From NCBI GenBank assembly GCA_001662655.1, contig KV460254.1: a stretch of 64,000 nt of DNA. The stretch is one strand, 5' to 3'. Made by a program: the position numbers and the translations under genes. Shown here piece after piece: positions 36,079-49,882 of the stretch (its first letter is position 1; every line of letters starts with the position of its first letter). The notes beneath the pieces are model-generated. The model had not been told where the DNA came from, ran no database searches, and worked only from the letters and a program-made list of their open reading frames with translations. The DNA is from Pseudogymnoascus verrucosus. Lineage: Eukaryota.

Positions 36079-39000
36079 TTACTCCCTCTGCCCCTCATTA
36101 AGCACCAACTCCACAACCAGCTGACAGTTCGCCATCTCCGGATGCGCCATCGCCACCTTCAGCGACCTCCTCGCCATCGTACTCGCGCCCTGCACCCCGT
36201 AATCCAGACACCTAACGTCCTTCCCCGCGATGATCTGTCTCAGGCGGCCATTCTCCGCGTTCCGCACCTCGACGAAGTCCGTGTCGAAGAGGATCAGGTA
36301 CGCGCCGAACATGGCGGCCGACTTGGCCTTGCCGACGAACTCGAGGACCACGCTGCGCGAGACCTCGCCGTGCTTGTCGATGTAGACGCCGCAGTCCTGG
36401 TAGCAGAGGAGGAACTCGGCGTCGGAGAGGCGGAACATGCCTAGCGGCTTCTGGTCTTTGAGACGGTCGGCTATGGATGCGATGTTGGGCTGGTTGGGGT
36501 CGGGGATGCTCATCGTAATCTTCTTGTCTAGTGTGAGGAGCTCGAATCCCTTGATTGTGCAGACGGCGATGTAGGAGTGGAAGAGATTAATACCGAAGCA
36601 TTCCACGGGGATATAGAACTCGTCGAACTCGCGGAAGAACTCAGTTGTGCCGCCACCCGTCTTGGATCGCCCGAAAAGTTTCGATTTCTTCTCAGACGAT
36701 TTCTGGAAGACAGGCTCCAACACCTTGAATGTAGATGAGGACGAAGTTGCGATGTTTCCGCGCCCTTTGTAGAAGACGAGTGTGCGATCCTTCATCCGCG
36801 CCGTGGCGAAGAAGGAGACTTCGCGGGAGCCGGAGATCTTCTGCGGAGCGCGGCGCGCTGAGTCGTGCTGCGGTGCTGGGAAGTTGGAGACGGGGACGAC
36901 GGAATCGAGGTGATAGGCGATGAGAGATTTATCGGATAAGACGAGGCAGATAGAGAAATCCTCGAGGACTGCTATCTGAGTAATGCGACTCGCCTGTATA
37001 GACTGTGGAAGTAATTAGTATGCTATTCCGACCGCATATGGCTGGAAATCAACTTACTCTTGTCCATCCTCGGGGGTTGTTGACCTCCGATATGTAGACC
37101 CCGTTATCCGCACCAATAGCAACCATAGATTTGCCGTACATGGCGAATGCTGTCGCGCAATTGACTTGTGTTCGGCAAACCGGGGACTGTCTTGCATGGC
37201 CATACTCCCGCTCGATATCTTTAATTGCCCTGTCCAACGGCGTTCCAACGACTGGAATCCCAGCACTGCTCCTTCCACCAGCCTGCATTGGATCGATGGC
37301 GAATGCAGTGTCGGCTAGAACCTTTAGCCGGAAAGGCTCCGCGTTTTGAGAAAAGAGCGATGCAGCATGGCGTTCCTTGGCCCACATAATCTTCTCACAC
37401 CATTCCTGCCGATTCTGGGCGCTGGGTGCATACAGTGTATGCACTTCCTGAGACCCGAGATGCTTGATTCGGAATGGAAACATGGATCGTGCATCAAATT
37501 CACCAGTTGTGTTGGAAGAAACTTTCGACATCGAACTCAATGACGTGTTAGTCGAGGCGTGGTCTAACGGAGGGCGGTCTGATGCCGTAGATGCCCGGGT
37601 AATCCTTGAGTCTGAAGTCGAAGGAGCCGATCTCGTAACTGTCGTTACACTACCCAACCCCTTAGATTTCACGACCGCTTCATCGTTTGTGCTTTCTAGC
37701 ACGAGAAGTTGCATCGGTATAGGCTTTTAGATGGTTAGAGAGTTGGATAAGGTGAGGGGTGATGGTTTTCTTACCTGTTTCGAAATATCGAAAACCTCCT
37801 TGTTTTTCAGGCCTGAACTGTCGCGTTGAACAACAGCCTTGGCTAGCACGAGGTAATGATCAAACAGAATAGCACGGGTTTCCAGCCAGTTGAAGCGACT
37901 ACTACCAGGCCGTTGCAGGTCTCCTTGTAGGATAAGTTGCCGGCCAAGATGATCCAAGTGAAGATCAACACGCCTAAACCCGGGGCGCATGAATAGCTTT
38001 GTCTGCAATTCTTGCATCTCGATCTTCTTATTCTCTTCATTGACCTTTTCATCACAGGCGAGAGTCATATCATCTACTTCCCTGATGGCGATTATGAGGT
38101 TGCTTTTCTCTTCGCTGTCAACATATGTATGCTTAAGAACTTCTTTTAGCAGTAAAGTATACTGCTGCAGTCGCTTCAATGGCGCGAAGAGATAGGTATC
38201 CCACCCCAGACGATCAGATACTTTGTTGCTCTGTGCTTGGTCGAGGAACTGGCGGAAGAGTACATTCTTTTCCATCTCCCTCCGCACTAAATAAGTGGCA
38301 TTTGGATAGCTCGCAGCATAATCCAAATATACCTGGCTCGCTCGTCGTTTCCACTCACGGAAGATGCTACTAAATCCTGTAACCCATGGGCCTTCCTCCT
38401 GTTGGCGGTACTTGAGTTGTGCCAGCAAATGGTTCATGTTGACATTCTTGACAGCCTCTGCCCTACCGAAGACCTGTTGGATGAACCGAGGAAGTTTGAC
38501 CTGGCCAATAATCGGCGGTTGCCAGGCCTGAAGCTCATCTCTATAAATCGTCCGCAAGACATCCAATTGCACCATGAATTTATCCTCGGACATGATAATT
38601 TCGTGAAGATTGTTCTGCCGGAGCACCTCCTTGCTATCTGCCGCATCAATCTGCAACTTGGTGAGCTTGAAGAACTCATGCCAGGGCTCGGCTCGTTTCG
38701 CCGGTGCCATTTTCTGCGCATGCAGGTTGATCTTCTTCAGAGTCCGATGACAGTGATGGGAGTAGCAGCGGCCGTGAATCTCGTGCTCGTGAACCTTCGG
38801 AGAGTAACAGCCAGAACCGCTCATCTGCCAGAGAACTCCGGATATTTCCCCAGGGCCAAACTTGACCCATTCCTCGTCTTCTACCAACACGCTGGCCTGC
38901 AGCATATCGTTCACGACGACGGCGCTTATCACTTCTGCATCAGCAGTGTTCATCGTAGGTACTTTGTGCGTGAATAGGGCAACGAGCAAGTCTTGAATGG

Positions 39001-41464
39001 ACTTCACACGCAGGTCAGCTTCTCCGTCCCCTGACTCCCCGCAGTACATTTCCCGGATCCAGTCGGCAATGCCGCTCAACGCCCACGGCTCTCTGCACTT
39101 CTTGTAGTCGGACGACCTGAGATTTTCGGGCGTGGCCTTCTTTCGTCGACCTGGTGGGAGTGCTGGCAGGTCAAGAGGCGTTGTCGATTGCGGCGTTCCT
39201 GCATCAAATCCATCGACGCCGTGGCCTCTCAGAGCGCGCTGTCTGGCTTGGCGCTCCTCGGCATCCGTCCTTGAGCGCATAGGGGGGACCACGAGAGGGG
39301 TGCTACTATGGCTTGTCAACGATGCCGATCTGGGTACAAACTGTCCTCCTGGGTTGAGAAGATCCTGGGTTGCATACGATTCGGGGCCATCCGGAGGGTA
39401 CATTTGGGATGTCCTCTGTGGGTCCTGTTGTTGGTTCGGTGGGTTACGGTATGATCCAGCAGGGAGCAATTGCGGCGTCCTGTTTTCACTTAAAGAAGGA
39501 ACCGCTGGCAAGGGTCGATTGTGGGCAGATGCTGCTGAAATGCCGGGATGGTAGGGGATATCCGGAAACTCCTCCCTCGACGGGCTGTCGCTTCCTGACC
39601 TTCCACTGAGACGTGACTCGGTCGTCAAGCGGGACCCAAGCGATGATCTCTCATCACCCTCGTCAAAACTACGCCGGTGCTGTTGTTGTAGGGCTGGAAT
39701 TTCTGCTCCTGGGTCGTGAGTAGGGGGGAACGGATGGTGTATGTCATCGCTAGGTATATGATGGTAAGTCAAGCCTCCAAGCACAGATGCTGTCGGAGGG
39801 GCGTACGCTTCCCGTCCGCGCATGTCTGGCAAAGGGCGGCTTTCGTCTTGCATCTCATCCCGAACTGCAATGTCGTTTCCGTACGACATCGGTACATTAA
39901 GACCCCCACCAAGCATCGTGAGATCCATCCCCACCGCATAATTATCACTGTCGCTGCTGGCATCCTGGGATGCCTCTTGAGGCCGTTGTTGGGAATAAAG
40001 CCCAAATGATCCCATGCTACCTCTGTTGGCCTGATTGGCCTCTTCCTCTTCGGCTAACTTCAATGCCAAAACCCCAGAAGCAGCTTCCGCCTCATCACTG
40101 TCTTCGAATTCGTACATCTGCTCGGAAGTCTGGCCAGCTGTTGGTGTTCGCGCCTCAGAACCTAAACCATTGGGGTGGTCGCCGAATTCATTATCGAGTA
40201 GGTCTCCACTCATTGGAGCGTGCGGTTGGCTTATTTGAGTCCTGTTAACAGTATTTACCCCAATAGCAGCCTCAATCTCTTGGAACATCAGCTCCTGTGC
40301 CCTGGCTTCAGTAGATAGTCTATCCTGATCATCATCGAACGGGTCTGTGTCCTCGATAGCAGGAGCAGTTGGGAGTGCGCGACCAGTTGGATGCCGTCGA
40401 AGCTGACTGATGTGTTGCACGTCATTCTCCACTGGGACTGGTTGGGGCGGGTTGCTGTTGCTTGAGGCGCGGCTGGGTCTGCCTCCATACGCATCGGCAC
40501 CGAAGTCGTCATATGCAGCAGAGTATGATGGGCCCATAGGCATTTGCGTAACTGCTGGGTATGGGGATGGGTTGCTCTGCGCTCTGTAATCATTGGTAGA
40601 CCCGTATGTAGTCCCGTTGGCAGGGTACGTCGGCGCTGGGGGCGGAGCTGAGTACTGAGCCGGTTTGGGAGGGAGAGGTGCAGGTAGCGACGGGGTATAT
40701 GAAGGCTCATAGGCGGGTTCATAGGAGGTCTCATATGCGGGTTGAGTAGGCACTCGGTTGGGGACTTGTGGCGCAGCTCCATATTGCTGAGACTGAGGAA
40801 TCTGGGGGGACCAATATGGACTCGCTTGAATAGGCGGGCTATTGAATGTTTGGTTCTGTTGTGGAATAGGAGATGCTCCATAACTCGGTCCTTGTTGCAT
40901 ATAAGGGGATTGCGCGGGTGGCCGCGGCGGCACCGGGGGTTGCTGTGTCTGGTACGCGGCCGGGACATAGGGGTGGTGGTGCGAAGAAACACTTTGGCTG
41001 CTGTATAATTGAGGATTATAATTAGGCGTCTGAACATGCGCTTGGCTCTGCGACTGCGTCCGTGGAAAGTGCTGTGGGTTGTATGCTGACGGTGTACTCG
41101 GGGTTTGCGGCACTCCACCGCCCTGTCCTGCGTACATCTGGTTCGTATACTGGGAAGGCTGTGGACTATATGGTGGTCGCTCCGGGGATCGATGGCCCCT
41201 GCCGGACCCATCTAGATATAGTTCGTCTTGTCCTCCTCCATGTGATCTTTGGCTCCCATAATGGTTTTGTTGCGCGTAAGCGTTTGGCTGCGCCGGCGGT
41301 GGCCGTGTGCCATTCGTATTGTCGAAGAACTGGGCATCATCGCCGTTGTCGAAGCTTGACTGTCGCTGCAAGCCAAGGCCTGCATTCTGAACTGGCTGCT
41401 GGCCTCCATATTGTTGCGGAGGGACGTGGCCATATCTATGCTGTCCGTTTTGGCGGAAAGACAT
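36079..41464 (-). CDS. rgf3: Rho1 guanine-nucleotide exchange factor, Rgf3/Tus1-type (DH-PH-CNH), 3 exons
   Basis: Long Q/P-rich N-terminus. DH region RQNNLHEIIMSE...PLKRLQQYTLLL. PH region LQGDL...LFDHYLVLAK...TLYAPSAQNRQEW. CNH region to VVELVL. Introns ~37775-37725 and ~37056-37004. Confidence 0.88.
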
Positions 41465-42538
41465 CTTGGATAGGTCTTAGTTTCGAGGTATGCGGGGTTT
41501 CGTGACCATCGACGCTCCCGATCTCTCCATCGGCTTGCTGCACAATGAGCAGTTTACTTCAAACTATTGCCGTGAGAGCGCCCATTAATGTTCTGGTAGT
41601 CGTTGGGATCTCCGCGGGCGCGCGATGGCGACAAAGCGTCTATTCTGAGGTGTCGCGCGACGTCGTTGAGCCTCAGCTATGCGACAGCGGGAGCACTCGG
41701 ACTGAAAGCACGACAACGAGGTGCTGGGTTTCTCGTAAATGTGCAACTAGCCTGCTGCAAACGAGAGATCAATTCAAGCCACTGTGAGTTGCTCTAACAA
41801 GCCTAGAGCACGTTGGAAGAGACGTTGTGATTCTCTAACGACTCCCTTCACACAATTGAACTTGAACTGCGAAGCTGATGTTGCGGTTGACCGGGGGTGA
41901 TAACGTGGCCAATGGCCTTCAACCACGGAAAGATGTGTGGCGGTGCGTAAGGCTTCCCTCTCCCCACTATCCCTTCCTACAGGTGCTACGGAGTACATAC
42001 ATCGAACACGACCACAAATGTTTAACACGGCCACAATGAAGTACAGAATGTATCTTTTGTCAATACGTTCGTGCCTGTCTGATGCTGGAGATTAATAAAG
42101 GGTAAAAGAACGTGGAGATATTAACTCGTCGACATCTTGGCACCCTTTGGCCGTTTGAAACAAGCAGCCCAGAGAATCCTACGGTTCCTACGAACCTGCC
42201 CAATTCGACCTTGTCGCAGGGTACAGTAGGCCAAGAATCAATACGAGCACCATTCGACAGAGCCAAGGCGAGAGACAGTGTGATGTTTATTTGGCCTGAG
42301 TCAGATCGATCGAAGCCCATGCATGGCACCCCAGAGCCTATTCATGTACAATATTGAGACAATTCCAACGCCAACATCACCACAGGTCATTCCGGACTTC
42401 TAGTCCCCTCATTGAATCCCTCATTGGCATCATCATCACAGGTTATTCCAGACTCCCAGTCGCATCCAACCCCCCTTTCCCCATAAACGCCAGCCGACCA
42501 CCCCGTATTCCGCTATTCCAAACACTTTCCACAGCCTC

Positions 42539-43165
42539 TCAAGGGTCGCAGAAGTAGGTAAACTCATCATCACTGGTAACCACCTGCGCCTGCGCCTGGC
42601 TACTCGCCGAAGAGTCGAAACTCGTCACCGTCGCCTTATCCTGCGTCGACAAGCAGGTTTCCCGCTGTTTATCGCAGTCACTCACTTGCAGACCGTTACT
42701 ATTGCCCCCGCTGTTGGCGATCTTTGCACATGCGTTTTTCTGGTTATCGCAGGTGCGGCTGGCAGCTGACTTGAAGTCGGTCTGTAGGGGTTTGTTAGGA
42801 GAAGTGAGGAGTGGGTGGATTGGTTGGGATTCATACAAATGTATCACCGGCAACTTCGAAGGGCCGGTTTTGGTCATTAGTGCTCGTTATGGGCTCGGCG
42901 GCAGCGCCTCCCAGTGCGCCGGTGAAGGTCTGTATCTGGATATCAGCTTCCATTGTATTGTTGGCCCGACTACTTTCTCAGTCCTATCTGCAATGCCCTC
43001 CTCCAGTATATCGACAATAGTAGAGATGCATACCTGCAGGTTTGTGGTCTGCCGCGGCACCAACACATTCCCGAATTCATGTCTTAAATCTATGTCCGCA
43101 TGGCTCCAGGCCGTTGCTTCCACGGCAAGGACAAATAGGGCGATATACTGCACGTGGCGTAACAT
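42539..43165 (-). CDS. small secreted Cys-containing protein of unknown function (~155 aa, 3 exons)
   Basis: Exons 43165-43034, 42929-42837 and 42781-42539 splice in frame (GT-AG). Signal peptide, PRQ processing-like site, FTGALGG, RPFEVAGDTF|TDFKSAASRTCDNQKNACAKIAN...CDKQRETC. Confidence 0.82.
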
Positions 43166-44430
43166 CGTAAGGACGCAACAAACTAGAGATTCGAGCGATA
43201 ATAACAGGAATAGAAAGTAAGAAGCAAAGACGTCAAAGAACGGATTATCTTAAGATACTCAACCTACAATATGACCATTTCCTTGGTGGCGGCGTGGAAT
43301 CGAGTTGAGGAATCCAACGCCTGAAACCCGAATGACACGCCAAGACACGACCTCGAAGCCTCGTCGACGCTGTGGCGCTCTCCCTTGAAGACATCGTCAT
43401 TGGACTGTGGCTATGTCCTGGAACCATCAAAAAGGTTAAACTCCAACCACAAGAGTCCTTGCGCGCTCTTCTGGCATCATCGGACCTTCGCACACCTGTG
43501 GGGTTTCAGCCCTTACGAGCGACAAGCCAATTGCTGTTGTCGGCAGCTCCCTCAGACAACTCGTGTCGGAGATAGAACGTAGTGGCTGTGCATTTAGCTC
43601 CCGTGCTGCCAGCTGGCATCCGCATCTCGTTATTCCCCCCCAGACCGCATATATATGGGATCCTATAGGACATACGTCAGTTCACTATAACCGGTATATC
43701 TTTTTGCTTGTGTATATATGCTGGGAAGTTATGATGATCTTTATCACAATGATATTCCAGAGATGGGCACAAAAAGGAAGAGGGGTTTCGTATTCCAATG
43801 GTTGCATAAATAGAACAAGTTTAGTGATTGGCCCCGAGAAGCCTTTCCCGCCCGCCGCTTTGCCGAAAACGGCATAAATTCTGCCGGATCTTTTTCACCT
43901 AAGAACCCCCTTGACCCAATTTTGCCAATTTTGCCCTGATTAAGAAATAATGTGTGCCTGTGGGTGCCTGAGAGTGACTGTGAGTGCCTGAATATCTAGG
44001 TTTCTCAACGTTGTGCTTCTCCTTGCTCCCGCTCTAACGGCGATAAGTGCTCATGTATCTCTGTACCCGTCTCCACCACGGACCCATGCTGTTTGGAATA
44101 CGAAGTCATCTCACCCGCCCGACCACGAATCTTTCACGTCCCCTAACGTAAGCCCTGAACGTTGGTAGCATCAACAAAACACCTTCACTTGTTAACTATT
44201 TTCTTCTTTTCTTTCATTATCTACAGGCTTGACTAGCCCATCAAGTGACTTCGAATCTTTATTTCCTCCTTCTTTTCATCCGCCCACGAGAAGTTTGACC
44301 TATACACAAAAACTTCGGTGGCAACTCGGGATATTCGTTGCCTACTGTGCACTCGACCCTCTCAACGACGGAGATAGAACTCCAGTCATCGACACAACCG
44401 CACACAAGAATTCCCTTCACACAGAACATC

Positions 44431-45291
44431 ATGTTCTCTTCTATACAGCCCGCGAGGTTATCGCTCCTCACCCTGTTGGTCGCCTCTTTCGTTTTGTCCG
44501 GCGACGGACATCGCATCTCTGGGGTCCAAAAGGCCGGGGGACCGGAGGTAGCCGCCAGGAACAATGTGGTGAATGTAGTACATATTCGACAAGATTCCTC
44601 CGGAATCCTGGATGGCTTGATCCCAAGTTCAGGAACTACCAACACCGCCGACCAAACTTCGTCCGATTCTACGACATCTACAACCGATTCCCAGTCAGAG
44701 ACAACGACGGAACCTCCAACCACAACCACATCGGACGAATCGACGACTACTCCCTCTGATACTGGAGCGTCGTCGACCCCTTCACAAACCTCCGATACTC
44801 CATCGTCGAAGACGACGACTGACTCCACCGAGACAACCGACTCGTCTGAGACTACCACATCAAAGCCCACCACCACCGCTCCTCCCCGCAGCACCATCAC
44901 GTCGAAGCGCACGACCGTGATTGACGTGACAAGCGATGGAAAGACCTACCAGACCACCTCCGTCGCTACGTCCCTGATCCCAACCAACACTGCCTCCCCA
45001 ATCGACGACACCCCAGATACCGAGTCTGGCATGAGCACAAAGACAAAGAACACAGTCATCGGTGTAGTGGTCGGCGTCGGCGGTGCCATCTTCCTAGGCC
45101 TCATCTTCATGGTCTTCTGGAAGTTCTGGGGCCGCAGACGGTCCTCTCGCAGGGCCCAGGAGGACGACGCTCTGATGATGACATCCCCGGGCGAGAAGCC
45201 GGATACTGCCTCCACCTCGAACCCCTTCCAGAGCACGCTCGAGAGCTACCACGCCCCGCAGCGTCCTGTCAATGCTTCATCTAACTTTTAG
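44431..45291 (+). CDS. Mid2/Mtl1-like Ser/Thr-rich single-pass cell-wall stress sensor
   Basis: Signal peptide, long S/T/D-rich ectodomain, TM segment NTVIGVVVGVGGAIFLGLIFMVFW followed by RRR, conserved-looking tail NPFQSTLESYH...NASSNF. Probable 5' UTR intron ~44148-44226. Confidence 0.85.
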   Translation: MFSSIQPARLSLLTLLVASFVLSGDGHRISGVQKAGGPEVAARNNVVNVVHIRQDSSGILDGLIPSSGTTNTADQTSSDSTTSTTDSQSETTTEPPTTTTSDESTTTPSDTGASSTPSQTSDTPSSKTTTDSTETTDSSETTTSKPTTTAPPRSTITSKRTTVIDVTSDGKTYQTTSVATSLIPTNTASPIDDTPDTESGMSTKTKNTVIGVVVGVGGAIFLGLIFMVFWKFWGRRRSSRRAQEDDALMMTSPGEKPDTASTSNPFQSTLESYHAPQRPVNASSNF

Positions 45292-45691
45292 ACGCGTGGC
45301 GGAGAGAGAGCGGAGGGATATTTGCATGGCGCTGGTGTTTAGAATGGGCTTGATTACTTTCCTTTTACCTGGATCGAGAGCGAGGCCGCGTGACGCCTTC
45401 GAATACGGAGATTTGTCAGGCTGCGGGTTGCTAGGGGAGCGAGATCGTTGTAATACCATGGCGGGCGATTTTGCTGCGAGAGAGGAGAGAAAGAAGGAAG
45501 GAACTTTGGCCATTTTGGCTCCATACTGATTGGACTTCATTTTTGTTTTGTTTTATAACTCATTGCAGCTTTTGCACGAAAAGCGGGGATTGGACACGGG
45601 GGAAGACACGGGCTACAACAGTCAACGAACGGCGGTTTGTACAAACAGGCAAGCGAGGATATATGGCGCGTCGGGGTCGAGTTCTGGGCCT

Positions 45692-45722
45692 GAGAGAGAG
45701 AGAGAGAGGTAGATAGATAGAG
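45692..45722. repeat. (GA)n microsatellite followed by (GATA)n
   Basis: GAGAGAGAGAGAGAGAG then TAGATAGATAG, downstream of the Mid2-like gene. Confidence 0.8.
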
Positions 45723-46727
45723 AGGATATAGGTAGTCGCTGCTTGCTCGGATTCTCTGCCGGCTTGCTAGTTAGTAATATCAGAGACATGACTACATTAT
45801 TTTACGAGCTATATGATCAATTTGATATCCCGTCCCGTATTATGGTCTGGAAGCCTCGAACATGAACGTGTGGACCCGCCTGCCGTTGAACGTCAATCTC
45901 TTCATGGCTCCCAATCTCCACCATTGCAATTTAACAGTCACGTGTTTGTATGTGTGAAATTGTATAACCCCTGACAACTGGGTGCTAGCAGCAACCCCCC
46001 ATCCGTTTCTGGACTAGCGGCGGTACTTGTCTGTGACCGTCCTTATCGTTCGAGTCCCTACTAAAAAGTAGAAACATCGAACATTAAAAGTCCAGGTCAC
46101 GATATTTTCAAATGCCCTCAACAGTTTACTCGGATGGATATATTAATAATCCCTATAGCGATCTCTATAAATCATATAATAAATAATAATCGTAGAATAT
46201 AAACCCAGGAATAAGAAGAAATACTTAGTACACTCCTGAGCCGCTTTAACATCGGCTGATCGCCAAGTAAAAAGCTCGCCATTCCACAGAAATTTCGCCA
46301 ATTTCTCTCTACCTGAACACATGGACCGCATGTAGAAATGTACTGTAATGTAGCACCATGTAGTACATCGTCGTTTGTACTAGTTCTAATCGCGACCTCC
46401 GAACAAGATTATCCCAAAAATAAGCATAGTGTGGCCACCCACACCCACCACCTCCAAATCAATCTTTCTTCACTCATTCCCTTGCCTCACCTATCATCGT
46501 ATTGTCGTCAAGGATCCTATTCAGAAGTTATTCGTCACTTTTGTTCCAAACTCCTGCTTTCTCTCCCAAGAAGGCATCCACACTCGTTTGACCACCAGCC
46601 GCCAGAAGATCAGTCAACAAAACTGCACGCCCTGCTGTCTCCTGATAGATCCCCTATGTCGCCGTGATACGCCACAACTAGACTGTGACACCGTCTCCCG
46701 AACCACCGATTGCATTTGAACGGCGAG

Positions 46728-48130
46728 ATGGCTTCTAGGCGCTTTGGACTCTTCACTGGGCTCGTCGCGCTCCTTGCCATCTGGGTCCTAGCCGTTGGAC
46801 TCCGAGCTACGGTATGCTCTGCCCTCCACCACCGCGTCCCGGTCGTTCCTGAAGACTTCACTTCATCCCAAGCGATCCGGGACCGTGCGACGACGTTAAC
46901 CAGAGCGCTACTAACTTCTCTCCCAGGGCCATTTCCCAAATGTCGTCTCGCAATGGAACCACGATGACCACTACCCCCCCCCAACAACCGCCTCCGTCAG
47001 CGCAGCCGAGAACCTAGCCTCACAGCTCGCCGCTGTGGCCGCCGAAAAAGATGCGCTCAAGGCGCGGGAAACCAAGCTCGCCGAGCAGGAAAAGAAGCTC
47101 AAGAAGGACCAGAACGCATTGATGGAGGACAAGGCCAAGCTCCGCGGCGACCGCCCCAAATCCCTCATCTCATACGTCTACACCGAGTCGCCCACCAACC
47201 GCCGCAATCTCGAGTTCTTCATCAAGCACGGCCTGTACGCCGGCGCCGACTTCGTCTTCAGCTTCAACGGCGACACAGATGCCGAGACCATCCTCCCCGT
47301 GTACGAGACGTCGCCGTGGTACGATCCTAAGATCACGAACATCGAGGTCCTGAAGCGCGATAATAAGTGCTTCGATATGGGCGCGCATGGCGAGGCGCTG
47401 CTGCGTGAGTGGAACGATTTGGGAACCAAGCTCAGCCCGATGGGCGGGCGTGACCGCGGCGGACGCAAGTTCTGGGAGGGGTATGAGAGGTTCATGCTTA
47501 TGAATGCGAGTGTTCGTGGCCCGTTCATGCCGATCTGGAGTAAAGACTGCTGGAGCGAGGCGTTCTGGGGCATGCTCACGGATAAGAAGAAGGTATGTCT
47601 CACTTCACACACTCTAATTCCTCCGATATAGTCATGATACAAGTGCTAACGCGATACAGTTGGCGGGCATGAGCTACAACTGCCATGGCGGCAAGGGCCA
47701 CGTCCAATCCATGGTCTGGGCACTCGACCGCGTCGGCATTGAGATCCTAATGAAGCCCGAAGCCGAAGGCGGCATCGGCTACTGGTGCCCCTACGACATG
47801 GTCAACGCGATCGGCGGCGAGATCCGCTCGACGCCCTCGATCATCAACGCCGGCTACGAGGTCGAGGCGCTGAACCTGGTGTACCACTCCCACGACGGCG
47901 AGGACCACGACAAGGACGGCAAAAAGGATAATAGCCCCAAGGGATACATTGAGGGCTGCACCGACGACGACTTCTTCCATGATAACTACTACTATGGCTT
48001 CAATATCCATCCGTACGAGACGATCTTCATGAAGGCCGCGAGGAATATGCAGGATGTCCTTATTGGGAATTTCACCGAGTGGACTGATGGCAGTGGATAC
48101 AGCTCCTACGAGGCTTGCGCTCTGAAATAA
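46728..48130 (+). CDS. type II membrane protein, putative glycosyltransferase with RgpF (rhamnan synthesis F)-like motifs, 3 exons
   Basis: N-terminal anchor MASRRFGLFTGLVALLAIWVLAVGL. Intron 46812-46926 joins in frame to a coiled-coil stem. Motifs RDNKCFDMGA, MNASVRGPF, HVQSMVWA, GGEIRST, HPYETIFMK. Intron ~47593-47659. Confidence 0.7.
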
Positions 48131-49882
48131 AAGAAAAAGAAAAACAGAAACTTTATGCAAGACTGGGAGAATTGAAACGAACGACCAAGATTATCTGAAA
48201 AGAAAAAGAAAAATGTTGCAAGAATAACAGGAACCTGCCACCAACGGCGGGCTGGGGGGATGGCGGCGGAAGGGGGGGTGGGGGTTGTGTGGGAGTTGTT
48301 CTAATATGTTTCCATGCTTACATGCCGCATCACATCAAGGACGTTTACAAGGCGTTGAACCATAAAGGGAAGGGGGAAATGTTTTTGGAAAGCTGTGTTT
48401 TTATTTTCTTCTCCCTTCTTCCTTCCTTCCTGGTATTTTTTGATAGCGAAGAGGAAAAGAAGGAAGGGCGGGAGAGGAGGGGAGGATGGCGGGGGATCTA
48501 GGCAGTCTAATTGATGCCGGATACTTGTGCTATTTGTTTGTTGGCTATGCATTTTTTTACTAGTTGGATCGCTGTACTTATATCTTACACCGATTTTCCC
48601 CAGTTGGTAGTCGGAAGGAGAGGGAGGGGGGGAAGACAATATACATAAATAAGACTTATTAATCAATCAATCCACTCAAGCCATATGACGACGGTGATGA
48701 TGATCGGAGACTGGGATTGATGGACTGGAAGAGGTAAGTGTGGTTTCTTCGGCTGGCCGGGGGGGAGGGGGGAGTGGTTTAGTTTTGAGAATCGAGATGG
48801 GCGTCGTGGTGAGTACGTACGTATGTGTCGTCGTGCCCCGCTGTTTCGCCACCATCGTAGTAGGCATGCCGGCAAATAAAGCAATGGTCGATTGAGAGCG
48901 AGAGATATCTCGTACCGCCCTCGCTCTCGTGAAGTTACTGAAGCGGAAACTGGGATCCAAGGTGTGGGATTTCTAGAGCGGAGAAACAGGGATGGGGGAA
49001 AGCCGTTCACTGGGATCTATCTCGCCTATTTGCTATTTGTAGGTCAAGCATCAGGGTCAAGCTTCGATCAATCTTCAACTCCATGCCATTCTGTCTCACT
49101 TTTTTGGGGGGGGTGTTTCGATTGTACTACTTCGTTTCGTTCATGGGTTGCCTGTTGTGCTGCTTGGGGAAGGCTGGCGTGGCGTTCTTAATGCTAGGTG
49201 CTGTTTATTTCAAGTTATAATTCCATGTCTGTCGTGTTTGGCACAGCCTTGCTGGATATATGCATGTTATCTGTTTTAGTGGGAGAAAAGCTTCTGTTTT
49301 ACTTTCTGGGATTTTATGTATTTGATCTACACTCTACTGTCTGTTTGATCTCCCAATGTTGTTTACTCGTTGGCACTTGTAACCTTCTCACGATCTTGAA
49401 ACGAATCGTCACGTTTCTATCCTTGATGCGGTATGGGTCTCATCCTTGATTCAGTGTCGCGGTTCTAATATCACAAACTTGTCGATGTGTCATTGTAACA
49501 TCTCAGCCTTGTGGCCACTGCCAACCAATGAATACGGGTTAAAAAGCTGCCATTATACCTGCTATCAGTGCACCGGTAAAGCGCATTCGGCTTCATTACT
49601 CGGAGAGCCACATCTACAACTCTCTAGCCGGCACATCACCGCCAAAACTTTAGGCATTGAAACTCTCCATCCCCAGCTTGGCTGTGTCACGACGCTTGCT
49701 CTAGAATGACCGACTGTGGTGCATCGGAACGCTGGACGTGCTTCCGTGGACAGGAATCAAGAATTGTGTTCCCCAACGACAAATCACGTACGACGTCAAC
49801 GAGCAGTGACTGGAAACGAATGTGGTATTGCTAGAAGTACTGATTGCAGAAACATAAAAACACTTTGAGAACCACCTAAGGG

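Noticed and set aside
46040..46062. GTTCGAGTCC B-box-like motif
   Set aside because: No cloverleaf or A-box at a suitable distance could be folded by eye.
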